A stretch of DNA of 51,414 bases. Source: a virus (lineage: Duplodnaviria > Caudoviricetes). Below, piece by piece: positions 9,174 to 17,666 of this stretch; within the stretch, counting starts at the first letter, position 1, and every line of letters begins with the position of its first letter. The notes below the pieces were generated by a model. It saw only the letters and a list, made by a program, of their open reading frames with translations. It was not told where the DNA came from and did not search any database. Location of the stretch: positions 1 to 51,414 of the IMG/VR virus record IMGVR_UViG_3300008448_000127; one strand, given 5' to 3'. The translations under genes were made by a program, and so were the position numbers.

Positions 9174-9653
9174 TCAGAACTTCCTGTCTTTAAGTTTCTG
9201 GGAAAGAGAAGTAGCGTCGGCAGGCTTGGCAGCAACAGCTTTAGCGTCGGTAATGTAAGCATCGTAGGCTGCTGTATACGCTGCCTGCTGAGCGTTGTTG
9301 AGCCACTGAAGACGTGCGTCATCGTCTTTCATGGAGGGTCCTTCAGTAGCGTAGGACTTCCATACTTCCGACAACAGATCACGATAATCGTCAGCACACT
9401 TGTCAAGACGGTCGGTGACCACTACAGGAGCAGGGTTTGGTTCAGGAGTGGGGCTTGGAGTTTCTGAGGAAAGAAGGAAGTAGATACTGACTGCTGGAAT
9501 GATTAGTGATCTGAAACTGAACTTACCAGTACTTGATGGTTTCAGTTTAGCGAGCCAGCCTTTAATGGTTTCCATGGAAGGTTTGGGTACTGTTGCCAGC
9601 ACCACAAGTGCAGCAACAATAATTGCCTTGGTTTGGTTATCGAGAGTGATCAT
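9174..9653 (-). CDS. Membrane protein with two hydrophobic segments and a Pro-rich linker
   Basis: ATG at 9653 after AAGGA; segments AIIVAALVVLA and LIIPAVSIYFLL. Confidence 0.75.
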   Translation of the reverse strand: MITLDNQTKAIIVAALVVLATVPKPSMETIKGWLAKLKPSSTGKFSFRSLIIPAVSIYFLLSSETPSPTPEPNPAPVVVTDRLDKCADDYRDLLSEVWKSYATEGPSMKDDDARLQWLNNAQQAAYTAAYDAYITDAKAVAAKPADATSLSQKLKDRKF

Positions 9654-9711
9654 GTTTGTTCCTTTGAGTCTTTCTGGAGTGAACAGTAAAGAAATGAGGG
9701 TGTTGTGATAT

Positions 9712-9882
9712 TCAGGCTTTCTTCTTGTCGAGCACTGACCAGATGACTCCGATTGCAGCGACCAACCCGCCGACGATGATATCGACGGTAGCACTATCGC
9801 TGAGTCCTTTGGATACAATGATTGCTCCACCGATAGAGGTTAGAGCGTGACGAACTAAACCTAGTACGACATCTTTACTCAT
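9712..9882 (-). CDS. Putative holin (56 aa, two TM helices); missed by the ORF track
   Basis: Manual translation: MSKDVVLGLVRHALTSIGGAIIVSKGLSDSATVDIIVGGLVAAIGVIWSVLDKKKA. GGAG RBS. The RHxLT...GG...WS pattern recalls small phage holins. Confidence 0.75.
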   Translation of the reverse strand: MSKDVVLGLVRHALTSIGGAIIVSKGLSDSATVDIIVGGLVAAIGVIWSVLDKKKA

Positions 9883-10094
9883 TTTTCATCTCCAGGTAGC
9901 CTTGGAATAAACGGGATGTACTCAGAGTCAGAGGAGCCAGCAGCATCTGTGAAGCGTGACAAGTACCATAGTTGTCCACAGTACTTACAAAACTTTAGTT
10001 TTAGTGCTGTGGGGATGGTGGTTGTTCCTTTGTAGGTTTGCAGGTCTTCCGAAGGGTGACAACATTCACGTTCTGTTGTGACTTTGATCTTCAT
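9879..10094 (-). CDS. Small Cys-containing hypothetical protein
   Basis: Motifs ECCH and FCKYCG; ATGA coupling. Confidence 0.7.
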   Translation of the reverse strand: MKIKVTTERECCHPSEDLQTYKGTTTIPTALKLKFCKYCGQLWYLSRFTDAAGSSDSEYIPFIPRLPGDEK

Positions 10095-10381
10095 GCTCGC
10101 TTCCTTCCTTCGTTCTCTTTCTGGGTCTTATCGTAGTGGCAGGTGATGCACAGGGTTTGGAGGTTTCCATCACAGTCAGGTCCGCCGTCTGCCAGTCCTA
10201 ACCTATGATCCACTTCTAGATTGTATTCAGGGTACGCTTCCTTACATATCTGACAAGTGTACTCATCTCTTTCGAGGATTCGGAATCGGTCTTTGGTTCG
10301 GCCTTTTCGTCGGGACAGGCCGGACTGGTGGGGTAGTGCTTTGTTCGGATTGGGTATCTTGACTGAAGGATAGAGTGACAT
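10091..10381 (-). CDS. HNH endonuclease (possibly terminase-associated)
   Basis: Pattern RDEYTCQIC...EVDH...GG...NLQTLCITCH...KT. Confidence 0.9.
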   Translation of the reverse strand: MSLYPSVKIPNPNKALPHQSGLSRRKGRTKDRFRILERDEYTCQICKEAYPEYNLEVDHRLGLADGGPDCDGNLQTLCITCHYDKTQKENEGRKRA

Positions 10382-11654
10382 TTTCTTCTACCAACCTAAA
10401 GGCATCACGAATCCACTTAGCACACTTCAGGGTTTGAATAGCACGACCACGAGCAGGACGGTTATCGGTATCGTTGGGGATGAAGATACCGAGACTGATC
10501 AGATCATCGATTCGTCTGCTGATTGTTTCCAGAGGGATGGAGCACTGGAAGCTGATAGCAGTCTTGGTCAGACCAGCAGCGGAAAGTGCCACTGTTCGAA
10601 TGATATTATGCTGACGAGAGAATGCTGTGTCCAGTGCAACCTTGGTGAGAAGTGTACGAATCTGCTGAGTAATGGAATCCGTACCCAGGACGTAGCATAG
10701 ACAAAGAGCAAGACGGGACAACTGTTTGACTACGCGAGTTGAGGCTTCTGGGCGAGCATCGTACAGTAGTTCAGAGTTGCCGAACTCTTTGCTCCGAGGT
10801 GCTTGGGCACGGCTACAGGCGATCATATCGGCTAACGCTTGAATGAGATCCACGTCCATGGTGGTATATTTTGGCCGCAGTACGTCATCAGTTCTGATTC
10901 TGGAGTGAAGGAAGCTAAGGAATCCTGCAGTATAGGCCCGTTGCTTCGGGAAGGATCGAGAGTCACCTGCGTCGTTTCCTTCGAAGTTGGTTCGTGCGGT
11001 GGATTCAAAGATAGACTGAACAGCCTTCGAGTTTCTTCTGGTTTCAACATCGCGAGTAGTCTCAAGGCGACAATGAAGGAAACGCTCTCCAAGGGCAGCC
11101 ATATTGAGAGAATAAATCCGTTCAGTAATTCCAATGACCATACCAAATGCGATATTGGTAAACGATGCTGAAACGCCGTTACGGTAATGAGCTTCGAGAC
11201 TGCCATCGAAGATATCACGCAACTCCCCATAAACGTTTGCCAGTTGCTGCGGAGTACTTTCCAGAAGGAGGGTGCCGTCTTTGACCACAACGCACTTTCC
11301 CTGGAGCATTGGTATGAGGTGAGATCCTTGTCGAGAGCCAGAAACCAGTCCGGTAAACTTCGACAGAGGGCGAGTATGCAGTTCATCAGAAGACAGCAGT
11401 TCGCATATAGTCGATTTACCACTGGAAGGTGCTCCTACTAAGTACATCCAAAGAGGGTCACCATCGAATGCAACAGCAATATGAACTGCCATACAAAGTG
11501 CCATACAATCTTCGAGTGACTGTGTAACGCTCATACCGGACTTGTACACTTCCATCAGTTTGTGGAAGGAGTCACAAGCCTGTGGCTGGACTGTTACCAC
11601 TTCGTCCAGTTTAACTTCTGAGAGGTAGGATTTGATCAGTTCGATGAAGTTCAT
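10263..11654 (-). CDS. AAA+ (MCM-like) replicative helicase with C-terminal winged-helix-like region
   Basis: Walker A GAPSSGKST, LRDIFDG, and LGERF (Arg-finger-like). Lies next to primase and PolA. Confidence 0.7.
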   Translation of the reverse strand: MNFIELIKSYLSEVKLDEVVTVQPQACDSFHKLMEVYKSGMSVTQSLEDCMALCMAVHIAVAFDGDPLWMYLVGAPSSGKSTICELLSSDELHTRPLSKFTGLVSGSRQGSHLIPMLQGKCVVVKDGTLLLESTPQQLANVYGELRDIFDGSLEAHYRNGVSASFTNIAFGMVIGITERIYSLNMAALGERFLHCRLETTRDVETRRNSKAVQSIFESTARTNFEGNDAGDSRSFPKQRAYTAGFLSFLHSRIRTDDVLRPKYTTMDVDLIQALADMIACSRAQAPRSKEFGNSELLYDARPEASTRVVKQLSRLALCLCYVLGTDSITQQIRTLLTKVALDTAFSRQHNIIRTVALSAAGLTKTAISFQCSIPLETISRRIDDLISLGIFIPNDTDNRPARGRAIQTLKCAKWIRDAFRLVEENVTLSFSQDTQSEQSTTPPVRPVPTKRPNQRPIPNPRKR

Positions 11655-12280
11655 CGTTTGCGTCCGTTCGTAAATTTCTGGGAAGGAATCAGTGATCCCC
11701 ACTGGTTAGCCATAGCTTCAGCAATACCGGAGTAAGTTATCGATCGTAGCTTACCTCTGTCTGGTGAAGGTGACATCTTCCAGATGTTCTGATCACGCCC
11801 TTCGACTATGTTTGTGGGGGTAAGTGGTGGTAGATTCTTCAACCAAAGGCAGGTTGCTTTTGTCTCACCATGACCGAACATCCAGGGTTGAATGATTTGA
11901 TCTGGTTTGCGATACAAGCGAGACATAATACCGATCGGGTTCTCGATACACAACCTATGGCATTTTAGTTGGGTGCATAACGTAAAGAAGTCAACACCTT
12001 GTTGTCGTAGGATCTGCCCTTCTTCGGCTGTGTACTTCTTGCAGCCATGGGTCATTGCTTTGTTGTTACTGACTGTGAGATACGTACAAGGTGGGTGAGC
12101 AATGATCAGGTGCCAGTGGAGGTTCAGTGCGATTAAACGCTCCAACGGCATCTCGAAGTGCTTCATCTCAAACTCAGACGGTTCTGAGGGTAAGATGTCA
12201 CACGACCAGGCATCGTGCCCACGTCTTCGGAAGGCGTCCCTCACAGCACCGCTGAACTCGCAGGCAACAAGTACACGCAT
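11651..12280 (-). CDS. Phage C5-cytosine DNA methyltransferase-like protein
   Basis: Motifs VLVACEFSG, SCD, HPPCTY (catalytic PC), IENP, QPWMFG. Confidence 0.8.
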   Translation of the reverse strand: MRVLVACEFSGAVRDAFRRRGHDAWSCDILPSEPSEFEMKHFEMPLERLIALNLHWHLIIAHPPCTYLTVSNNKAMTHGCKKYTAEEGQILRQQGVDFFTLCTQLKCHRLCIENPIGIMSRLYRKPDQIIQPWMFGHGETKATCLWLKNLPPLTPTNIVEGRDQNIWKMSPSPDRGKLRSITYSGIAEAMANQWGSLIPSQKFTNGRKR

Positions 12281-12281
12281 G

Positions 12282-13052
12282 TCACTTTCCTTGGGAGTTA
12301 TACAGATCGCGGATATCGAACTTGTCAGGAATTTCTGAGTGAGTAGGTACAGTCACCAGTGACCAGTCGATGTACTGGAGAGACTTGATTGTATGCCCTG
12401 ACGATTTCACTCGTCGGGCTACTGACTGCACACCAAGCCTTCCAGCTTCGTCGTTATCAAACAGCAGGACAACGTGCTTGTCTTCCAGCACATGGAGGTA
12501 AGAGCTACTGAAACCAGAGCCACACGTACCAAGGATGTCAGGTTTATCGTAACCTGCTGGTAGTCGTGACCCTGCTTGCTTCATGATCAGGTAGTCGCCA
12601 TGACCTTCAGCAACCCAGACTGTATCAGACCCAGATAATGTTGACAGACCCAAGATACTGCAATTCCAGGGCTTGGGCGAGGCGTAGATAATGCCTGTCG
12701 TGGTATCATATTTGTGGATAGCAACGATGTCGCCCTTCACGTTCCTGACTGGAAACATGAAGTTGGTTCCATCTGACTTGATCCCTTCTGAGCGGAGTAT
12801 AAATGGCTGGACTCCTTTCTTCAGAGTGCAGAAGCGTTTAGCCTGTTGCATCGTAAGTTCTGGGAGTTGAGAGTACCATTCACGCATCAGGGTTAAGGCG
12901 TTACCTGTCTGTTTGCATCGGTAACACTGAAAGACATGTCCTTCATCTTTGCTGACTGAAAGTTTATCTTCAGCACCACACCATAAGCACGACATGATGT
13001 AGTCTTTGTCGGTATCGTTATAGGAGAGTTCAAGGTGGTCAAGTAGTTTCAT
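12282..13052 (-). CDS. DNA primase (zinc finger plus TOPRIM)
   Basis: Motifs CLWC...CYRC, VAEGHGD, LFDNDEAG, DIRD. Confidence 0.88.
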   Translation of the reverse strand: MKLLDHLELSYNDTDKDYIMSCLWCGAEDKLSVSKDEGHVFQCYRCKQTGNALTLMREWYSQLPELTMQQAKRFCTLKKGVQPFILRSEGIKSDGTNFMFPVRNVKGDIVAIHKYDTTTGIIYASPKPWNCSILGLSTLSGSDTVWVAEGHGDYLIMKQAGSRLPAGYDKPDILGTCGSGFSSSYLHVLEDKHVVLLFDNDEAGRLGVQSVARRVKSSGHTIKSLQYIDWSLVTVPTHSEIPDKFDIRDLYNSQGK

Positions 13053-13285
13053 TAGATCATTCCTATGACTAAGCCGCATACGGCACAACGTCTGATATCC
13101 CATGCGTATGCTGGCGTGTCGTAAACTAGTAACTCTACCTGTTGATGGTTACAAGGTTTGCTCATGAACTCTGTTATTTCTTCGGGTGAGGCTTCACGGA
13201 TGTTTGCTGCTCCGCAGTTCCCATCAATTCTTCTAGGTTCATTTGCCGTTTCTATGAAGTACTTCGGTGTGCTAGCTACAGACAT
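13052..13285 (-). CDS. Small Cys-containing hypothetical protein
   Basis: Fills the gap between PolA and primase; CNH...CAVCG. Confidence 0.6.
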   Translation of the reverse strand: MSVASTPKYFIETANEPRRIDGNCGAANIREASPEEITEFMSKPCNHQQVELLVYDTPAYAWDIRRCAVCGLVIGMI

Positions 13286-15261
13286 ATCTTTGTTTCCTTA
13301 TCCCAGCGGTGAGTGATTAAGTTTGCTTCAACAGGGGCATGAATGCCGTATTCGCTTGCCGCCTGTTCCATAAGTGATACGAGGTTACGCACATGCTTCT
13401 TCGGCACACGAACAGGTACTTCGAAATCGACCTCGTCGTGAACTTGGAGTGCAATTCGCCCTTCAGGATATTCTGAGAGAAGATAGTCGTCGCATAGACG
13501 CATGGCACGTTTGACGATGACTCCTTCAGCACCCTGGACAATGTAGTTTACTCCAGCATGTGCCGCTTTCTCAATACGACCTGTCCACTTATTGACATGT
13601 TCTTTGAGTTCCAGTGGGTAGTCACCAAGTGTAAGTACGTATCCCTGTTCGTTGATTAGTTCCTTTGTTTGCTCGATGAAGGCGTGAGCATTAGGGAAGA
13701 GAGTCGTAACAGTGTCCCAGAGACCAGCGATTCCTGCCGTAGCTTCGATCTTCTTAGGAGACGCTCCGAAGACGAACCCGAAATTGACATTCTTCGCAAC
13801 ACGACGCTGGGCCTTTGTTGGTGACTGGCTGTCGGGTACATTGAATATCTTTCTGGCAACGAAGTCATGGGCGTCCCATCCTCTGTTGAAGGCATCCATC
13901 ATTTCCTGTTCATTGGTGACGTTAGCAAAGATACGTAGTTGTAGCTGGGAGTAATCCATTGTTAACCACCACTTGCCAGGAGGTGGTCCGAAGACTGATC
14001 GCATTGACGGTGAAGCCTGCAGCCACTTAGCAATGTCAGGTGCATCGTCTTCGTATGGGTTACCAGCCTTCGTGATATTCTGGGCGTTAGGATTGTTGCT
14101 GCTGAAGCGTGTGGTCTTGGTGCCCACGATGTTGAACGAAGGGTGGATGAAGCCTGATGAACTTCTGGCATGGTAGTACGACTGAAGAGAAGTTAGTTTC
14201 TTCTCATACTTCTTCTTGCTTAGATACGCTCCCAGGAATCGGTGTACAGGACTTCCCGGTTCTGCATCTTCATGCAGTGCGAGGATGGTTTTGGCATCGA
14301 CTGACGGACTTCCTGTTTTGGCTGACTTGGTGATGGGTTCGAGTTTAAGTTTACCGAAGAGGTATTCTCGGAGATTGTGGTCAGTAATGTGATCAATGCC
14401 TGAAAGTTTGCTAGTTTCGGCAGTGAGCAGTTGTATGAATCGTTCACAAGCATCAATTGACTCCTTCAGTTCAGGGATGTTGACCCACAGACCAATAGTT
14501 TCCATCTTCCAGGTAATGTGCTCTACCTGTTTGTTGATCTCCAGTAGTTCCGTAGTCTGTTCACCGTGACGAGATAGTAGTTCGTGGAAATACATTTCAG
14601 CCAGTTCAAACGTATTGACACAGTCCGCTTTAAGATAGCGAAGCATGACGTTCTTGAGGACTGAGTCCGGGAGTTTAGGTCTTCTGGGTTGCGGAATAAG
14701 TGCGAGTACTGCGTCAGGGAGCCAAAAGTCAGATCGGTTCCATTTGCTGGACGATCCGTACATCTTAAATGTTGGGTGATTTCCGTCACGTCTTGCAATG
14801 TCCCACCTGCTGCAGATATCCTGGAGTGCCTTGGTCTCGACGAGTCTTCGGCATTTATTAACGGCATTGATCAGTTCCTTATCTTCCGGGTAACCTTTAC
14901 CTAAGTATTTCTGAGTGAGAACATCAAGTGAAAGTTCGTCAGTGCTACAGTGGAGGTGGGCAAGGATAGTGGTGTCTACGATCCTTTTCCAGAACGAGGC
15001 TTCTGTTGGTTCTTGCCAGTCGTAGATTCCGGCTTCGCAGAGTGCTCTAAGGTCGAAGTGGGCGTTGTGGAAGGAGATGATGTCTGCGTTGTCAAAAGCG
15101 TTTCTAAGAGACTTCGGATGCTCTTTAGTTCTTCGACGAGTGACTGGATCAATTCCAACTGTTGACGATTTGAATGTGGTTCCATCGTAGATTCCAATAC
15201 TGAAGGTGGTGCAGCCATTTCTAAGCCAAAGACCCGTCGTCTCCGTATCTGCTGCAATCAT
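13276..15261 (-). CDS. polA: DNA polymerase family A with 3'-5' exonuclease
   Basis: ExoI DTETTG, ExoII HNAHFD, ExoIII YLKAD, TTRFSSNNPNAQNI, motif A DYSQLQLR, motif B RRVAKNVNFG, motif C VHDE. Confidence 0.95.
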   Translation of the reverse strand: MIAADTETTGLWLRNGCTTFSIGIYDGTTFKSSTVGIDPVTRRRTKEHPKSLRNAFDNADIISFHNAHFDLRALCEAGIYDWQEPTEASFWKRIVDTTILAHLHCSTDELSLDVLTQKYLGKGYPEDKELINAVNKCRRLVETKALQDICSRWDIARRDGNHPTFKMYGSSSKWNRSDFWLPDAVLALIPQPRRPKLPDSVLKNVMLRYLKADCVNTFELAEMYFHELLSRHGEQTTELLEINKQVEHITWKMETIGLWVNIPELKESIDACERFIQLLTAETSKLSGIDHITDHNLREYLFGKLKLEPITKSAKTGSPSVDAKTILALHEDAEPGSPVHRFLGAYLSKKKYEKKLTSLQSYYHARSSSGFIHPSFNIVGTKTTRFSSNNPNAQNITKAGNPYEDDAPDIAKWLQASPSMRSVFGPPPGKWWLTMDYSQLQLRIFANVTNEQEMMDAFNRGWDAHDFVARKIFNVPDSQSPTKAQRRVAKNVNFGFVFGASPKKIEATAGIAGLWDTVTTLFPNAHAFIEQTKELINEQGYVLTLGDYPLELKEHVNKWTGRIEKAAHAGVNYIVQGAEGVIVKRAMRLCDDYLLSEYPEGRIALQVHDEVDFEVPVRVPKKHVRNLVSLMEQAASEYGIHAPVEANLITHRWDKETKICL

Positions 15262-15317
15262 TTTACGTGCTTCCAAATTAGGCGTCTGTGTTTATTGTAA
15301 GGCACGGTAATACTCCG

Positions 15318-15347
15318 AAAAAGAAAGCCAGCGGATTAGGCTGGCTT
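15318..15347 (-). terminator. Intrinsic terminator downstream of SSB
   Basis: Stem AAGCCAGC/GCTGGCTT followed by TCTTTTT on the minus strand. Confidence 0.7.
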
Positions 15348-15374
15348 GGGTGTGAGTAATCAGTTCTTTCGTAT

Positions 15375-16193
15375 TTATGCTTCTGGCAGGATCAGATCAT
15401 CGAACTTGACGTTCTTGATTGTCTTACCAGCACGTTCCAGTGTCACTGTTCCTGCGTCGTCGTCAGCATCGACGACTTTGAAAGTGAGTGGTTTTGGTGC
15501 CTTGGCTGGCTTGTAATCGACTTCAAAGCCAATCCAATCAGACGGATTGAATTCTGCTTCAGCATCGTCCTCAGCAGGCACGTCTTCCTCAGCGAGTTCT
15601 TCTGACCATTCATCGTCATCGACCGGGACATCGTCAACCACATCTTCCTGTTCGGCTTCATCAGTTTCTGAGGAAGAATAATCTTCATCGCTATCGACGT
15701 GACCGATGATGTTGAAGTAGAAGCCATCCTTCTTTTTGTTAGGGGCAACACGGATCTTAAACTGTTCACCGATCAACTTCTTCAGTTCAGCATCGATCTG
15801 CTCAGTTGTCATGTCCGCAGTTGGTACACCGAGGCACTGAATGTCAACCATCAGACGGTCCAGAGCCTGTTCGATCGTGCTACGATCAGAGTCATTCAGG
15901 CTATGGAACACACCGATGCGAGCACCGTTGTGCTTTTCCTGTCCTGCCACAGTTCCGTCAACATTGAACTCAAGGATGTAGTAGGTCTTACCGTCCTTGA
16001 CAATAATGGACGGACCTTTGAACTTAGTAATGTACTCACCGGGTTCTCCAGCAAAGTCACGATTACCGACTGCCTTCTTAGCCACTTCGACGTGCTTCTT
16101 CAGTCGAGCGTTGGCTTTCATCAATTGTGCGAGTGAGGTTACTTCTGCCATTTTAACAGCTTTCTTCCAATCAGAGTCAGTGAAGTTGGTCAT
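15375..16193 (-). CDS. Putative single-stranded DNA-binding protein
   Basis: OB-fold-like N-terminal half (PGEY...), long acidic tract, position next to a Sak4-like ATPase and PolA. Confidence 0.65.
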   Translation of the reverse strand: MTNFTDSDWKKAVKMAEVTSLAQLMKANARLKKHVEVAKKAVGNRDFAGEPGEYITKFKGPSIIVKDGKTYYILEFNVDGTVAGQEKHNGARIGVFHSLNDSDRSTIEQALDRLMVDIQCLGVPTADMTTEQIDAELKKLIGEQFKIRVAPNKKKDGFYFNIIGHVDSDEDYSSSETDEAEQEDVVDDVPVDDDEWSEELAEEDVPAEDDAEAEFNPSDWIGFEVDYKPAKAPKPLTFKVVDADDDAGTVTLERAGKTIKNVKFDDLILPEA

Positions 16194-16543
16194 TGTTTAT
16201 CGGCACGATTAACGGCGTCTGCGTTGGTGTATTTCAATGAGGAATACCGCTTTGATAACTTTTGGATATTTGCTTCTAAGCACTGTTCGCGTGTAATTGA
16301 CAGCCCTTGGCGAATGCCTTCTAGATAGAACTCTAAGTCACCAAGTTCTTCAATGACGTTGTCGAGGTCTAAGGCCTTGCGGTAAATAACGCGTTTCTTT
16401 ATTGCATCGAGAAGTTCACCAGATTCGCCACTAACACCAATTGCCATGTGCATTAAGTGAGCATCTTGGTCAGTAATTTCTTTTGCAATTTGCTCTCCGG
16501 GTTTTACAAGAGCGGAAACAAGTTCAGGGTGTGTAATAGACAA
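16190..16543 (-). CDS. MazG-like nucleotide pyrophosphohydrolase
   Basis: Motifs GVSGESGELLDAIKK, EELGDLEFY, NIQKLSKRY. Confidence 0.9.
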   Translation of the reverse strand: MSITHPELVSALVKPGEQIAKEITDQDAHLMHMAIGVSGESGELLDAIKKRVIYRKALDLDNVIEELGDLEFYLEGIRQGLSITREQCLEANIQKLSKRYSSLKYTNADAVNRADKQ

Positions 16544-16545
16544 GT

Positions 16546-17526
16546 TTACTTCTCCATTCCAAGGACTTCAGCCAGTTTCTTATAAGTTGCGTCGGCTGAA
16601 TCACCGCAATCCAGTTCCGTAACACCTTCAGGGGTACACCAGGACTTGGCGAGGTAGTACGTTGTTGGTGCCATGCCGATGAATCGACGATCACCCATGG
16701 TTGTTTTCTTCTTGGTCTTTTGGTCAATAGCAACCATGATCTCCTGACCCATGAAGAACATACCGTGCAGGTCTTTACTTACGTACTTCAGAAAGCCCTT
16801 ATCTAGTTCTGGGCGATACTGATCGTAGTCAGGGCCATTAGCGTTCTGCACCGGCTTGAACGTACTGTGAGCAAGCAGGATGACATTCAGACCCTTGGCA
16901 ACAATCTCAAGGATCGTCTTCAGAATTTCTGAGGACCAGAATGCTTCAGCAGCTTTCGTGTAACCAGCGAAATAAGCAGTGAACTCCTTGCTGTCCATGT
17001 CACCATTGAACAGCATGCTGGCACAATGTTGATAGCAAAGATCCTGCAGACCGGAGACAGAGTCGATGACCATTGTCTCGTAGTTGTGCTTCAGGTCACG
17101 GAACCGTTCGAGTGCTAGTTTGCATCGAAGATAACCTGGATGACCTGTTCCTGCCGGAATCTGATCATGAGGAAAGAGCGGGTCAAGTTGAACGATCGGC
17201 ATGTCTTTGCTGACGAGACCCTTTTCCTTGTACAGGTAGATGCCCTGTTCGCCCGATGTCGTAACGAACGCACACTTAGGGAACTTGGCCGCAAGTGTAG
17301 TCTTCCCCATACCTGGAGGACCATAGAACATGATAAATCTGCCATGGGCAACTCGTTCCTCAATCATGTCCTCGAACAGGTTACAGATTCCTGCTTTGAT
17401 TGATGGCAGGTTCTTTAAGTTGTTTGCTGCACTAGGTACGGGCTTTGACGCTGGAGGTTTGTTTGTTGGAGCAGGACGTTGTGGTGGTGCCGGAGCACGT
17501 TTAGCGGGGCGTGTGGGTGTTGTCAT
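16546..17526 (-). CDS. Sak4-like/AAA_24 ATPase (recombination)
   Basis: Motifs YGPPGMGKTT, VIDS, ILLAH, AKS. Confidence 0.85.
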   Translation of the reverse strand: MTTPTRPAKRAPAPPQRPAPTNKPPASKPVPSAANNLKNLPSIKAGICNLFEDMIEERVAHGRFIMFYGPPGMGKTTLAAKFPKCAFVTTSGEQGIYLYKEKGLVSKDMPIVQLDPLFPHDQIPAGTGHPGYLRCKLALERFRDLKHNYETMVIDSVSGLQDLCYQHCASMLFNGDMDSKEFTAYFAGYTKAAEAFWSSEILKTILEIVAKGLNVILLAHSTFKPVQNANGPDYDQYRPELDKGFLKYVSKDLHGMFFMGQEIMVAIDQKTKKKTTMGDRRFIGMAPTTYYLAKSWCTPEGVTELDCGDSADATYKKLAEVLGMEK

Positions 17527-17666
17527 TTCACTTCCATTTCAATAATAGCATGAGTGTCGGGGATTCGCGATTTCAGTTTGTCTGATGCTTCTTTTGCTTT
17601 TTCTCGTGTGCTGTACAGTGCATACAAATCGTATCCACCGCAAGTGTACAAAGCGTAGACTATCAT
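17523..17666 (-). CDS. Small hypothetical protein (47 aa); missed by the ORF track
   Basis: MIVYALYTCGGYDLYALYSTREKAKEASDKLKSRIPDTHAIIEMEVK, with ATGA overlaps on both sides. Confidence 0.65.
   Translation of the reverse strand: MIVYALYTCGGYDLYALYSTREKAKEASDKLKSRIPDTHAIIEMEVK

Noticed and set aside
8942-9322. 126-aa ORF bridging the membrane protein and protease genes
   Set aside because: It overlaps both neighbours extensively. A 42-aa ORF (MVGLVYY...) may fill the gap instead, but neither has enough support.
14650-14860. Intein or intron in PolA (extra segment in the exonuclease domain) or in TerL
   Set aside because: The reading frames are continuous, the segments are short, and they lack C/S...HN splice motifs.
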